Source of the DNA: an uncultured Gemmatimonadales bacterium
Lineage (GTDB): Bacteria > Gemmatimonadota > Gemmatimonadetes > Longimicrobiales > RSA9
Length of the DNA stretch: 64,000 nt
Assembly (NCBI GenBank): GCA_963798085.1
Contig: CAWCRS010000007.1
Location: 1,536,001 to 1,600,000, forward strand
Direction of reading: 5' to 3'
The notes beneath the pieces are model-generated. The model worked only from the letters and a program-made list of their open reading frames with translations. It was not told the DNA's origin and did not search any database. Within the stretch, counting starts at the first letter, position 1; each line of letters opens with the position of its first letter. Position numbers and translations under genes: made by a program. This document shows, in pieces, positions 1 to 10,061 of the stretch.

Positions 1-1140
1 GCTACCGGTCCGGGCGACCTGCGCCGGCCCGGCCACGTGCAGCCGCTGCGCGCCAAGCCCGGCGGCGTGCTGCGCCGCGTGGGACAGACCGAGGCGTCCG
101 TGGACCTCGCCCGACTGGCCGGTCTGCCACCGGCCGGCGTGATCTGCGAGATCATGAACGCCGATGGCAGCATGGCGCGACGACCCGATCTCGAGGTGTT
201 CGTGCGCGAACACAACCTGCGCTTCATCACCGTGGCGCAGATCGTGGCATACCGGTTGCGCCACGAACGACTGGTGCGCCGCATCGCCGAAGCGACCCTG
301 CCCACACCATACGGTGAGTTCCGCGTGATCGCCTTCGCCAACCAGGTCGATCAGCGCGAACACGTGGCGCTCGTGAAAGGCGATATCGCCGGACAGAAGA
401 ACGTGCTCGTGCGCATGCACTCCGAGTGCATGACCGGCGATGTCTTCCACTCGCTGCGCTGCGATTGCGGCGAACAGTTGCACGCGGCCATGCGCCGCAT
501 CGATGAGGAAGGCCTGGGCGCGGTCGTGTATCTGCGCCAGGAAGGTCGCGGCATCGGCCTCGGCAACAAGATCCGCGCATACGCACTGCAGGACGCGGGT
601 CAGGACACGGTGCAGGCCAATGAATCACTCGGTTTCAAGCCCGACCTGCGCGATTACGGCATTGGCGCGCAGATCCTGCTGGATCTCGGACTCACGTCCA
701 TCCGTCAGCTCACCAACAATCCGCGCAAGATCGTGGGTCTCGAGGGCTATGGCCTGAAGGTCACGGGTCGCGAACCCATCCAGGTCGCGCCCGGCGATCA
801 CAACCGCCGCTACCTGCGCACCAAGCGCGAGAAGCTGGGACACCTGCTGCCCGACGCGTCGGCCGCCCCGGCGCCCCAGCCGGCGGCGCGCGCGCCCGAC
901 TCGCCCGCCCGCGCCGGGCGAGAGCTGAGCGATCGGAGTGGGGGAACTCCGCGGCAACCCGTCCGGCGCCGGACGGCGCTTCGCCATCATCGTCAGCCGC
1001 TTCAACGACGTGGTCACCAGCCGCCTGCTGACCGGGGCGCGCGCCTGTCTTGCCCAACACGGTGTTATGGAAGGCGACATCAATGTGATCTCCGTGCCCG
1101 GCGCGTTCGAGCTGCCGCTCGCCGCCCGGTTCGCGGCTGA
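1..1140 (+). CDS. ribBA: Bifunctional DHBP synthase / GTP cyclohydrolase II, 5'-truncated by the window edge. The true stop is probably near 928, and the 3' tail looks like a frameshift artefact.
   Basis: Motifs [14 protein letters not shown]...[38 protein letters not shown] and LTNNPRK. The ORF runs 200 nt into ribH. Confidence 0.93.
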   Translation, partial: ATGPGDLRRPGHVQPLRAKPGGVLRRVGQTEASVDLARLAGLPPAGVICEIMNADGSMARRPDLEVFVREHNLRFITVAQIVAYRLRHERLVRRIAEATLPTPYGEFRVIAFANQVDQREHVALVKGDIAGQKNVLVRMHSECMTGDVFHSLRCDCGEQLHAAMRRIDEEGLGAVVYLRQEGRGIGLGNKIRAYALQDAGQDTVQANESLGFKPDLRDYGIGAQILLDLGLTSIRQLTNNPRKIVGLEGYGLKVTGREPIQVAPGDHNRRYLRTKREKLGHLLPDASAAPAPQPAARAPDSPARAGRELSDRSGGTPRQPVRRRTALRHHRQPLQRRGHQPPADRGARLSCPTRCYGRRHQCDLRARRVRAAARRPVRG

Positions 1141-1420
1141 CCGCGCTGTCTACGCCGCTGTTATCGCGCTGGGTTGCGTGATCGAAGGGGAGACGCGCCA
1201 CTTCGACTACGTCGCCGGTCCGGCGGCCGACGGCCTGGCGCGCGTGGCGCTGGATGCCCGGCTGCCCGTGGCGCTGGGCGTACTGACCACGACCGATCTG
1301 GAACAGGCACTGGCACGCGCGGGCGGCAGGCTCGGCAACAAGGGCTGGGATGCCGCCATGGCCGCGCTCGAACTGGCCGATCTCGCCGTGCAGCTGGGAA
1401 CGGACCGTGCGCAGCCGTAG
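938..1420 (+). CDS. ribH: 6,7-dimethyl-8-ribityllumazine synthase
   Basis: Motifs [15 protein letters not shown] and [15 protein letters not shown]; follows ribBA. Confidence 0.95.
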   Translation: MGELRGNPSGAGRRFAIIVSRFNDVVTSRLLTGARACLAQHGVMEGDINVISVPGAFELPLAARFAADRAVYAAVIALGCVIEGETRHFDYVAGPAADGLARVALDARLPVALGVLTTTDLEQALARAGGRLGNKGWDAAMAALELADLAVQLGTDRAQP

Positions 1421-1844
1421 CCGCGCACGCGGGTGGGCACTGCAGATCCTCTACGCATGGGAAATGCGCGGGCCCGAGCGGCCGCTGCCCGAGGTGCTCG
1501 CCGATTTCATGACGGATCGACTGATCGGCGAAGGCAGCCGCGACTACCTGTTCCGCCTGATCCTTGCCGTTGCCGAGCATCGCGCCGACATCGATCGCAC
1601 AGTGCAGGAATGCCTGACCAACTGGCGGCTCGAGCGCCTCTCCACCATTGATCGCGCCGTGCTGCGTATTGGCGCGGCTGAAATGCTGTTCCTGCACGAT
1701 GTGCCGCCGCGCGTTTCCATACAGGAAGCTGTCCTGCTGGCCGAGAAGTACAGCACCGCCGAGAGTCCGCGGTTCGTCAATGGCGTGCTGGACGCCCTGA
1801 TGCGGCGGGCGCGCGACCCGGCCGTGCGAGGAGAGGACCGCTGA
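1407..1844 (+). CDS. nusB: Transcription antitermination factor NusB
   Basis: Motifs [29 protein letters not shown] and FVNGVLD; GTG start at 1407; ribH-nusB synteny. Confidence 0.95.
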   Translation: MRSRSRARGWALQILYAWEMRGPERPLPEVLADFMTDRLIGEGSRDYLFRLILAVAEHRADIDRTVQECLTNWRLERLSTIDRAVLRIGAAEMLFLHDVPPRVSIQEAVLLAEKYSTAESPRFVNGVLDALMRRARDPAVRGEDR

Positions 1845-3025
1845 ACATCGCTGTCATCAACTGGCAGGATCGCGAGAATCCGCAGGCCGGTGGCGCGGAG
1901 GTTCACCTGCATGAGATCTTCGGCCGGCTGGCAGCGCGCGGCCACCGCGTCACGCTGCTGGTGTCAGGCTGGAAGGGTGCACCCGCCAGCGTGCAGCTCA
2001 ATGGCATGGACGTACACCGCGCCGGGGGGCGCCACACGTTCCCGCTCGCCGCGCCGGGTGCATGGCGGAAACTGCGTCGGCGCGACTTCGACATCGTCGT
2101 CGAAGACCTCAACAAGATCCCCCTCTTCTCGCCGTGGTGGGCAGGCGCGCCGGTCGTACTCCTCGTCCATCACCTGTTCGGCCGCACGGCCTTTCAGGAA
2201 GCGGGACTCCTGGTGGCCGGCACGACCTGGCTCGCAGAGCAGCCGCTGGCCGTCATGTATCGCGGTGTGCCCGTGGAAGCCGTCTCGCAGAGCACAGCTG
2301 ACGATCTCGTGCGACGCGGTTTCAATGCCGCGCGCATCACGGTAATTCCAAATGGCGTGGCGCTCGACGCGTTCACACCGGATCCCGCCGCCCGCTTCGC
2401 CGCGCCGACGCTCCTTTACGTGGGCCGCCTGAAGCGCTACAAGGGAATAGACCTGATCCTCCAGGCTGTGGCCCGCCTGGTAGCGCAGGGCGTGCCAGTG
2501 CGCGCGATCATTGCCGGGAAAGGCGACTATGCGATGGAGCTGGAACGGTTGCGCGCGCAGCTGGGACTGCAGGACGTCGTGGAAATGACCGGCTTCGTCA
2601 CCGAGGCCGAGAAGCTGCGCCTGCTGCGGGGTACATGGGTGCATGTGCTGACCTCGCCCAAGGAGGGCTGGGGTATCACCAACCTGGAAGCCGCAGCATG
2701 CGGAACGCCCACCGTGGCGAGCGATTCCCCCGGTTTGCGAGATTCGGTCCTGCACGAGGAAACGGGCCTGCTCGTGCCGCACGGCGACGTTGCCGCGCTG
2801 GCGACCGCGCTGCAACGCATGCTGACGGATGACGTGACCCGGAAGCGCCTGGGCGAAGGCGCGCACGCTTTCGCTCAGCGATTCCACTGGGAACGGTCGG
2901 CAGAGCTGACCGAGGCACACCTTGCCGCCGTGCTCGAGGGCGCAGGCGAGGGCCAGCACCCTGGCGATTCGGCCTGGATGCCGCGTCGTGAGCAACCGGA
3001 CCAACCTTCGCACCGGAGGCAATGA
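1841..3025 (+). CDS. Glycosyltransferase family 4 (GT-B), probable CTG start
   Basis: N-terminus (M)NIAVINWQDRENPQAGGAEVHLHE is in frame upstream of the listed 1961 start; motifs YVGRLKRYKG and EGWGITNLEAAACG. Confidence 0.88.
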   Translation: MNIAVINWQDRENPQAGGAEVHLHEIFGRLAARGHRVTLLVSGWKGAPASVQLNGMDVHRAGGRHTFPLAAPGAWRKLRRRDFDIVVEDLNKIPLFSPWWAGAPVVLLVHHLFGRTAFQEAGLLVAGTTWLAEQPLAVMYRGVPVEAVSQSTADDLVRRGFNAARITVIPNGVALDAFTPDPAARFAAPTLLYVGRLKRYKGIDLILQAVARLVAQGVPVRAIIAGKGDYAMELERLRAQLGLQDVVEMTGFVTEAEKLRLLRGTWVHVLTSPKEGWGITNLEAAACGTPTVASDSPGLRDSVLHEETGLLVPHGDVAALATALQRMLTDDVTRKRLGEGAHAFAQRFHWERSAELTEAHLAAVLEGAGEGQHPGDSAWMPRREQPDQPSHRRQ

Positions 3026-3339
3026 TGGAAGTCACCATCTCCGCGATCCATTGCACCATCCCTGACTCCATGTACGATCACGCCAGCCGGCTGGGGCGCC
3101 GGTTGGATCGCTATGGCCTCAAGGCCGCTGCGGCCGCAATCACCTTTGAACCCGTGGGCGGTATCCGTACCGTGGAAGTACGCCTTTCCATTGCCGGCGG
3201 ACCTCCCTCGCTCGCACGCGGGACCGGCCCCACCTATCGCAACGCGCTCAACCAGGCCATGGATCGCATCGAGCGGCAGGTGAAACGCACGCGCGATCGG
3301 CGCCGGCACCGCCGGCGGGCTCTTACCTCCCCCGAGTGA
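3022..3339 (+). CDS. Short HPF/RaiA-family ribosome-associated protein
   Basis: About 105 aa, MEVTISAIHC...ALNQAMDRIERQVKR; sits just upstream of hprK. Confidence 0.65.
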   Translation: MMEVTISAIHCTIPDSMYDHASRLGRRLDRYGLKAAAAAITFEPVGGIRTVEVRLSIAGGPPSLARGTGPTYRNALNQAMDRIERQVKRTRDRRRHRRRALTSPE

Positions 3340-3352
3340 GCGCGAGAAAAAC

Positions 3353-4312
3353 GTGGCCACGCTGACGGTGGAAGATCTGTTCCGGGTGAAGGGCAATGTG
3401 CTGTCACTCGAGCTGCTGACGGAGGAATGCGACCTGCGTCGTCCGATTCGCGACGCGACGATATCGAATCCCGGCCTCGTGCTGGCCGGCTTCCGCGATC
3501 GTTTCCCCGGCGGCCGCATCCAGGTTCTCGGCGAAACCGAGGTCTACTACCTCCGTTCCCTCAATGAGGCGCGCCGCCGCCACGTGATCGAGGAATTCTT
3601 CGCGCTGCCCATGCCCGCCGTCGTCGTGACCAAGGGACAGGATCTGCCGGACGACTTCCTGGCCGGCGGGCGACAGCACGGCGTGCCGATTTTCCGCTCG
3701 CAGCTCAAGACGGGCGATTTCTACCGTCGCGTTCAGCCCTACCTCGAAGAACAGTTCGCGCCCACGACCACCATGCACGGCTCCCTCGCGGATGTGTACG
3801 GTGTGGGTCTGCTGTTCGTGGGACGGAGCGGCATTGGCAAGAGCGAGTGCGTGCTGGACCTCGTCGAGCGCGGGCATCGCCTGGTGGCGGACAATGTGGT
3901 GATCATTTCCCGCCGCGGCAACGACATCCTGATCGGCCGCGGCCACGAGCTGCAACGGCATCACATGGAGATCCGCGGCATCGGCATCATCGACATCCGC
4001 GCGCTTTTCGGCATCCGCGCGATTCGACAGCAGAAGCGAATCGAGGTCGTCGTCCAGCTGGTGGACTGGGACGAGCGCGCGCACTACGATCGCACCGGGC
4101 TCGAACTGGAAACGGTCGACATTCTCAATGTCGGTGTACCCAAGGTGATGATCCCGCTGAACGCGGGGAAGAACATCACGGTGATCTCCGAGGTCATTGC
4201 GATGAACCACCTGCTGAAATACTCGGGCGTGCATTCAGCGCGTCGCTTCAACGAGAGTCTCCAGGAGGCGATGAAGCCAATGCGGCAGTACCTGGAGGAG
4301 GACTATGAGTGA
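3353..4312 (+). CDS. hprK: HPr kinase/phosphorylase
   Basis: Walker A GRSGIGKSE, LVERGHRLVAD(N), MEIRGIGII. Confidence 0.96.
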   Translation: MATLTVEDLFRVKGNVLSLELLTEECDLRRPIRDATISNPGLVLAGFRDRFPGGRIQVLGETEVYYLRSLNEARRRHVIEEFFALPMPAVVVTKGQDLPDDFLAGGRQHGVPIFRSQLKTGDFYRRVQPYLEEQFAPTTTMHGSLADVYGVGLLFVGRSGIGKSECVLDLVERGHRLVADNVVIISRRGNDILIGRGHELQRHHMEIRGIGIIDIRALFGIRAIRQQKRIEVVVQLVDWDERAHYDRTGLELETVDILNVGVPKVMIPLNAGKNITVISEVIAMNHLLKYSGVHSARRFNESLQEAMKPMRQYLEEDYE

Positions 4313-4727
4313 CGGGCAGGCCCGCGGCATCGTCGTCGCCCACGGCGCCATGGCGGAAGGTATGGTGGATGCCGTGCGCGGCATCGCGGGCTGCGATGCG
4401 GATGCACTGGCGAGCATCAGCAATCGCGGACTCTCGCCGTCGGCGCTGGCGGAGCAGGTGGGGATCGCGACCGGCAAGGGCCCGGCCATCGTGTTCACCG
4501 ACCTGCCCAGTGGCAGCTGCGGCTTCGCCGCTCGTCTGCTGGCGCGGGACAAGGGCGGACTCGCCGTGATCTGCGGCGTGAATCTGCCCATGCTGCTCGA
4601 CTTCGTGATGCATCGCGACCTGCCGCTCGACGAGCTGGTGAGCCGGCTCGTGAACAAGGGTCGCACTGCGATTCACGGCACTCCCTCGACTGTGCGGCCG
4701 AATGGCGATCCTGCTGTTCCGCATTGA
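4305..4727 (+). CDS. PTS mannose-family EIIA
   Basis: VVAHG phospho-His, FTDLPSGS, GVNLPML. Confidence 0.9.
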   Translation: MSDGQARGIVVAHGAMAEGMVDAVRGIAGCDADALASISNRGLSPSALAEQVGIATGKGPAIVFTDLPSGSCGFAARLLARDKGGLAVICGVNLPMLLDFVMHRDLPLDELVSRLVNKGRTAIHGTPSTVRPNGDPAVPH

Positions 4728-5199
4728 TGAGCGCCTGATCCACGGGCAGGTCGTGGTCGGCTGGGGAAACGAGCTGCGCCCGGATCGCATCATTGTAGTC
4801 GACGACGAACTCTTCGACTCCGCGTGGGAACAGGAGCTGTACTCGCTGGGCCTGCCCGAGAACATGACGGTTCGCTTCGACAACGTGGCGGGCGCCAAAC
4901 CGCACCTCGCCGAGTGGGAAAGCAATGCCTCGCGCACACTGCTCCTCACGCGCGACATTGATACCATGCGACGACTGGGTGAACACGGGGAACTGCGCGG
5001 CCGCGACATCAACATTGGCGGCCTGCATTACGCGCCCGGCCGTGACGCCGTGCTGCCTTACGTCTACCTGAGCGCGAGCGAGCGCGCGGCGCTCGAGGAT
5101 CTCCTGAAGAATGGCGCGCTCGTCAACGCCCGTGACCTGCCGGGCGCGCGCCGCGTACCCGCCGAACGACTGCTGCGCGCGGGACACGAGTCGCGATGA
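4702..5199 (+). CDS. PTS mannose-family EIIB
   Basis: RIDERLIHGQV motif, INIGG. Confidence 0.92.
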   Translation: MAILLFRIDERLIHGQVVVGWGNELRPDRIIVVDDELFDSAWEQELYSLGLPENMTVRFDNVAGAKPHLAEWESNASRTLLLTRDIDTMRRLGEHGELRGRDINIGGLHYAPGRDAVLPYVYLSASERAALEDLLKNGALVNARDLPGARRVPAERLLRAGHESR

Positions 5200-5858
5200 T
5201 CCTGCTCGCCGCCCTGCTGGCCGGGATCATTGCACTCGACGGCACCTCGTTTCCGCAGGCCATGATCTCGCGCCCGCTGGTGGCGGGTGCGCTCGCCGGC
5301 TGGGTGGTCGGCATGCCCGAGAACGGCGCGATCCTGGGCGCCATCCTGGAGGCGTTTCACCTTGCGATCCTGCCTATTGGCGCGGCGCGCTATCCGGAGT
5401 CAGGCACAGCGGCGGCAGCCGCCATCTTCGCATGGGCCTGGGCCAGCACGACCGATTCCGGCGCCGCCTTGCTCCTCGCCCTCGCCTTCGCACTGGGCTG
5501 GGAGCGACTCACAGGCGGATCCGTCACCCTGCAGCGTCGCGTGAACGAAGCCATCGTCTCCGTGGGTGGCGGGCCGCGTACACCCGGGACCCTGCAGGCG
5601 AGGCACCTGCTCGCCATGCTCGCCGATTTCTGCCGGGGCGTGCTGGTCACACTGGGCGGCGCTCTCGTGGGCATGCTGTGGCTCACCGCACTCGACCGGC
5701 TGTGGACACACGGACCCGATGTGGCGCAGGGCGTCGCTGTGGCAGCAGCGGCGGGGACAGCCGCCGCGCTGCTGCGTGTGTTCGGCGGGTGGACCGCGCG
5801 CTGGAAGCTGTTCGCGGCCGGCGTGGGCACGGGCCTGCTCGTGCTGCTGGTGCGCTGA
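5196..5858 (+). CDS. PTS mannose-family EIIC
   Basis: Hydrophobic; motifs QAMISRPLVAG and LPIGAA..PE. Confidence 0.85.
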   Translation: MILLAALLAGIIALDGTSFPQAMISRPLVAGALAGWVVGMPENGAILGAILEAFHLAILPIGAARYPESGTAAAAAIFAWAWASTTDSGAALLLALAFALGWERLTGGSVTLQRRVNEAIVSVGGGPRTPGTLQARHLLAMLADFCRGVLVTLGGALVGMLWLTALDRLWTHGPDVAQGVAVAAAAGTAAALLRVFGGWTARWKLFAAGVGTGLLVLLVR

Positions 5859-6598
5859 TGCTGCGCCAGTCGGTCCGGCTCGCCATGTTCCTGAGGTCGT
5901 TCGCCATCCAGGGGTCGTGGAACTACCGTACCCTGATCGGCACGGGCTTCGGATTCGCGCTGCTGCCAGCGCTGCGTTCCATTCACGGCCGCCGGGGTCC
6001 CGAGGTGGACGCCGCTGTCGCTCGACATACCCAGCTGTTCAACAGCCACCCGTACCTCGCGGGCGTGGCCCTGGCCGCCGTGAGCCAGCTCGAGGCCGAC
6101 AGGGCTGATCCACACGTCGTCGAGCGGTTCAAGGGCGCCGTGCGCAGCTCGCTGGGCTCACTGGGTGATGGACTGGTGTGGGCCGGCTGGCGGCCGGCCT
6201 GCGCGCTGCTGGGCCTGTCAATCGTGTTCGCAGGCGCGCCCTGGTGGGTGGGGCCGGCCGTGTTCCTGGTCACGTACAACGCCGGACACCTTGCCCTGCG
6301 CGTCTGGGGTTTCCGCATTGGATTTGTTCACGGGCGCAACGTCGGAGAGGTGCTCAAACGCGCGCACCTGGCCAGCGTGCAACAGATTGTCACCCGCGCG
6401 GGCGCGTTCCTGCTGGGCATGGCCCTGCCGCTCATTCTGGTGCGGGGCGCCGGGCACGACATGGGCCGCCCCTGGATCGCGGTTGGTATCGCTGCGGCAA
6501 TCCTCGGCTTGCGCTTCGGCAATGTCGTGCGCACGCCCATTGTGGCCGGGATGGTGGTTGTGCTCATCGCCGGTCTGCTGCTGGGGACCGTGCTGTGA
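5858..6598 (+). CDS. PTS mannose-family EIID
   Basis: ATG at 5858; motifs QGSWNYRTLIGTGF, FNSHPY and LGSLGDGLVW. Confidence 0.9.
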   Translation: MLRQSVRLAMFLRSFAIQGSWNYRTLIGTGFGFALLPALRSIHGRRGPEVDAAVARHTQLFNSHPYLAGVALAAVSQLEADRADPHVVERFKGAVRSSLGSLGDGLVWAGWRPACALLGLSIVFAGAPWWVGPAVFLVTYNAGHLALRVWGFRIGFVHGRNVGEVLKRAHLASVQQIVTRAGAFLLGMALPLILVRGAGHDMGRPWIAVGIAAAILGLRFGNVVRTPIVAGMVVVLIAGLLLGTVL

Positions 6599-6882
6599 CC
6601 ACAGTGCAGCCAGCCGAAGTGCGCCGTACCGTGCGCGTACCGAATCGCTACGGGCTGCATGCGCGGCCCGCGGCCGAATTCGTGAAGATCGCGACCCGCT
6701 TCCATAGCGAGGTATACGTCGGGAAGGAAGATCTGGAGGTCAACGGCAAGAGCATTATGGGCATGATGATGCTGGCTGCGGAGTTCGGCAGCGAGATCGT
6801 CATCCGCGCGACCGGAGAGGACGCACAGGACGCAGTGTCCGCTCTGGTCGCATTGGTGGAACGCGGTTTCGGCGAGGATTGA
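6595..6882 (+). CDS. ptsH: Phosphocarrier protein HPr
   Basis: GTG at 6595; GLHARPA (His15) and NGKSIMG (Ser46). Confidence 0.95.
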   Translation: MTTVQPAEVRRTVRVPNRYGLHARPAAEFVKIATRFHSEVYVGKEDLEVNGKSIMGMMMLAAEFGSEIVIRATGEDAQDAVSALVALVERGFGED

Positions 6883-6883
6883 C

Positions 6884-8674
6884 GTGGGGATCATCCGCGA
6901 CGGGATGGCCGCATCACCGGGGATCGTTGTGGGCCCGGCGTACGTGCTGCGCTGGGACCTCCCACGCGTGCCGCACGCCAGCGTGATGGAGCCCGAGGTG
7001 GAAGCGGAGATCGAGCGCTTCGCCGAGGCTCGTCGCTGGGCCAGTGCGCGCATTGAGGACATACAGCGCCAGACCGCCGAACGGCTGGGTCCGATCGAGG
7101 CACGCATCTTCGAGCCGCAGCTGCTCATGCTCGAAGACTCCGACATGGTGAACCGCACGGTCGCATACATCCGCGAGAATCGTTTCGCCGCGGCGCGCGC
7201 GTTCGAGCTGTGCATGCTCGAGATCCAGGCGGAATGGACGCGCAGCGGCCACCCCATGATCATGGATCGCCTCAACGATCTCACGGATGTCGAACAGCGC
7301 GTGCTGCGCCATCTGCTGGGCATGGCCGATCCCGATTTCGCGCTGGCCGATACCGGCGATGGCGTGGTGCTCGTGGCCCGCGATCTGACACCCACCATCA
7401 CCGTGCAGCTCGACAAACAGCGCATTCTGGGCATCGCGACGGATGGCGGAACGCGCACGTCGCATTCCGCGATCCTGGCGCGCTCGCTCAACATCCCGTC
7501 CGTCGTGGGCCTGGGCGACTTCTCCACGCTCGTGCAGAGCGGGCAGGAAGTGGCGCTCGATGGCCGCTCCGGCCGCGTCGTGATGCTGCCCACCGAAGAA
7601 GAGAAGAAGCAGTACCGCGACTGGGATGTGCGGGTGCGTGAATGGGAGCATGAGCTGGGACGCCTGTCCCATGAGGAGGCGGTTACGCCGGATCACCAAC
7701 CGATCGTGCTGCGCGCGAACATCGATCTGCCCGGCGAGGCTGAGCACGCACGAACCCACGGTGCACGAGGCATTGGTCTGTTCCGCACTGAGTTCCTGGT
7801 CGTGGGGCGCAATACGCCGCCTGAAGAGGAAGAGCAGTACCAGAGCTATCGCCGCGTCGCCGAAGCGTTCCCGCACGATGCCGTGTACATCCGCACATTC
7901 GACCTGGGCGGCGACAAATTCCCGCACTTCCTGCACATGCCGCCGGAAGAGAATCCGTTTCTTGGCTGGCGCGCCATCCGCGTGTGCCTGGATGAGCCGG
8001 AACTGTTCCGCCCGCACCTGCGCGCACTGCTGCGCGCCACGGCGCACGGCAATGTGCGCATCATGCTGCCCATGATCAACGACATCGCGGAAATCGAGCA
8101 GACACGGCATCTGCTCGATGAAGAAGCCGAGAAGCTGAATCGCGAGGGTGTCGCGTTCAACTCCGGGTACAAGCTCGGCATCATGATCGAGACGCCGGCC
8201 GCCGCGATGACGGCGCACGAGCTGGCGCGCTACTCGGATTTCTTCTCGGTGGGCACCAACGATCTCGTGCAGTACACACTGGCCGTCGACCGGGGCAATG
8301 CGCGGCTTGCCCCGCGCAGCTCGCCGTTCCACCCGGCCGTGGTGCGCCTGCTGGAACGCACCGCCAATGCGGGGCGCGAGGCAGGCATCGAGGTGTGCAT
8401 TTGCGGTGAGATGGCAGGCAATCCGCTCGCCATCTTCCTCTTCATTGGACTCGGGATCAACGCGCTGAGTGTGGGCCCCGCAACTCTGGCGGAGGCCAAG
8501 AAGGTCATCCGCTCGGTACCGGCCGCCGCGGCGCGCGCGGCCATGCCCGGCGTGCTGGCGGCCGGCACAACCGGCGAGGTGGTGACACGACTGCGCGAGG
8601 GACTGCGTGAATGGCTCGACCTCTCGCTCTTTTCCGATCGCTGGAATCTGTCACCCGAGGGTCGTGCCAACTGA
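6884..8674 (+). CDS. ptsI: PEP-protein phosphotransferase, enzyme I
   Basis: Motifs TSHSAILAR, GLFRTEF, RTFDLGGDK, ENPFLGWR, SVGTNDL and ICGEMAG. Confidence 0.96.
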   Translation: MGIIRDGMAASPGIVVGPAYVLRWDLPRVPHASVMEPEVEAEIERFAEARRWASARIEDIQRQTAERLGPIEARIFEPQLLMLEDSDMVNRTVAYIRENRFAAARAFELCMLEIQAEWTRSGHPMIMDRLNDLTDVEQRVLRHLLGMADPDFALADTGDGVVLVARDLTPTITVQLDKQRILGIATDGGTRTSHSAILARSLNIPSVVGLGDFSTLVQSGQEVALDGRSGRVVMLPTEEEKKQYRDWDVRVREWEHELGRLSHEEAVTPDHQPIVLRANIDLPGEAEHARTHGARGIGLFRTEFLVVGRNTPPEEEEQYQSYRRVAEAFPHDAVYIRTFDLGGDKFPHFLHMPPEENPFLGWRAIRVCLDEPELFRPHLRALLRATAHGNVRIMLPMINDIAEIEQTRHLLDEEAEKLNREGVAFNSGYKLGIMIETPAAAMTAHELARYSDFFSVGTNDLVQYTLAVDRGNARLAPRSSPFHPAVVRLLERTANAGREAGIEVCICGEMAGNPLAIFLFIGLGINALSVGPATLAEAKKVIRSVPAAAARAAMPGVLAAGTTGEVVTRLREGLREWLDLSLFSDRWNLSPEGRAN

Positions 8675-8855
8675 CCGCCGGCGCCTGACCCGCGCCGGAG
8701 TACCGCCGGGCGGGGACGCGGGTATACATGCCGGGTGCGTGTCGCTCGGCAACGCCTGACGCGGGGAGCCACACGTGTACCCGCCGGGACGGCCGCCGCG
8801 CAGAGGTGTCATCTCGTTTCGTGCGACTCTGGAACGTGAACCACGCCGAGGTCTG

Positions 8856-9407
8856 ATGTCCGAGAAGTCGATGGTGGAAGTAAAGGTTCAGAGCCTGGGA
8901 CTGGACCGGACATCGAACACACCCGTCGTGATTCTCCAGGAATCCGGTGGGCAGCGGGTCCTTCCCATCTGGATCGGTCCCGGCGAAGCCAGCGCCATCG
9001 CGATGGAACTCGCCGGGATGAAGTTCTCCCGGCCGCTGACGCACGATCTCTTCGCTTCCGTCATCATGGGCCTGGGCGGGACACTGCAGCGCGTCATGAT
9101 CACGAAGGTGGTGGACAACACGTATTATGCGGAACTGATCATTCGACGCGACGCCGAGCTGATCAGCGTGGATGCACGGCCTTCGGACTCGATCGCCATC
9201 GCCCTGCGCATGTCCGCCGCCATCTTCACCACGGATGATCTGCTCGAGCACACCTCCATCGAAGTCACCGAGCCGGGCGAGGAATCACCGGACATTCCGG
9301 GCACCACAGGCCAGTCACCCGAGTCATCGGCCGGACTCAGTCCCGAGCAGCTGCGCGAACACCTGCGTCGCCTGAACCCCGAAGACTTCGGCCGCTTCAA
9401 CCCGTGA
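8856..9407 (+). CDS. Bifunctional nuclease family protein (DUF151)
   Basis: Motifs LPIWIGPGEA, RPLTHDL and DARPSDSIAIALR. Confidence 0.9.
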   Translation: MSEKSMVEVKVQSLGLDRTSNTPVVILQESGGQRVLPIWIGPGEASAIAMELAGMKFSRPLTHDLFASVIMGLGGTLQRVMITKVVDNTYYAELIIRRDAELISVDARPSDSIAIALRMSAAIFTTDDLLEHTSIEVTEPGEESPDIPGTTGQSPESSAGLSPEQLREHLRRLNPEDFGRFNP

Positions 9408-9408
9408 A

Positions 9409-10050
9409 ATGGCTTTGAAACCGCGCCTCGCTTTGCTGACAGCGCTGTTCGCATTCCTCTGGAGCGCGCACGCTGCCCTTGCCCAGACCGTCTCGCTCAA
9501 GGGCCGCGCCGTCGACACGCAGGGACGGCCGGTGGCGCAGCAGGAAGTCGTGCTGCACCGCGTTTCCGGTCGCGAGGGCGCACGCGTGGGCGCCGACACC
9601 ACGGATTCCAGGGGTGGCTTCACGATCTCCGCGAACGAAACCGTGGACACCGGCGCCGTGTATTTCGCGGCCGCACGCGCCGATGGCAAACTCTATGTTG
9701 GGCCTTTTGTGCACCTGCCCGTCGACGCCGCCAGCCCGTACACACTGGTGGTGGGCGGCACACCCGTTTCCTTCGACACACCGCTGCCTGACGCGGGCAC
9801 TGGCGCTGCCGGTGCAACCGCCGCAACCGCGAGTGCGCCCGCCAGCAGCCCCGCACCGCTCATTGCCGCGCTGCTCACCATTGCGGCCGTGATCGCGCTC
9901 CTGCGGCTGGCTCGCTCGGGGCGCCCGCCCGCGCGGCGCCGCGACCTCATCCGCCTCGCAGTGCTCGATGAGGAAGCGGCCGAAGCGGCACTCAGCAGCG
10001 AACAGCGGCGGGAACGCGATCGCATCACCGAGCGATTGCTTTCCGACTGA
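9409..10050 (+). CDS. Exported membrane-anchored protein with a carboxypeptidase-regulatory-like beta domain
   Basis: Signal peptide, LKGRAVD..GRPV, C-terminal transmembrane helix. Confidence 0.55.
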   Translation: MALKPRLALLTALFAFLWSAHAALAQTVSLKGRAVDTQGRPVAQQEVVLHRVSGREGARVGADTTDSRGGFTISANETVDTGAVYFAAARADGKLYVGPFVHLPVDAASPYTLVVGGTPVSFDTPLPDAGTGAAGATAATASAPASSPAPLIAALLTIAAVIALLRLARSGRPPARRRDLIRLAVLDEEAAEAALSSEQRRERDRITERLLSD

Positions 10051-10061
10051 TCGGGGCTGCC

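Noticed and set aside
3880..3900. Genuinely inactive HprK, SelB or RNase R variants due to Asp->Asn changes
   Set aside because: All share one nucleotide context with the rRNA changes, so a common sequencing or modification cause is more parsimonious.
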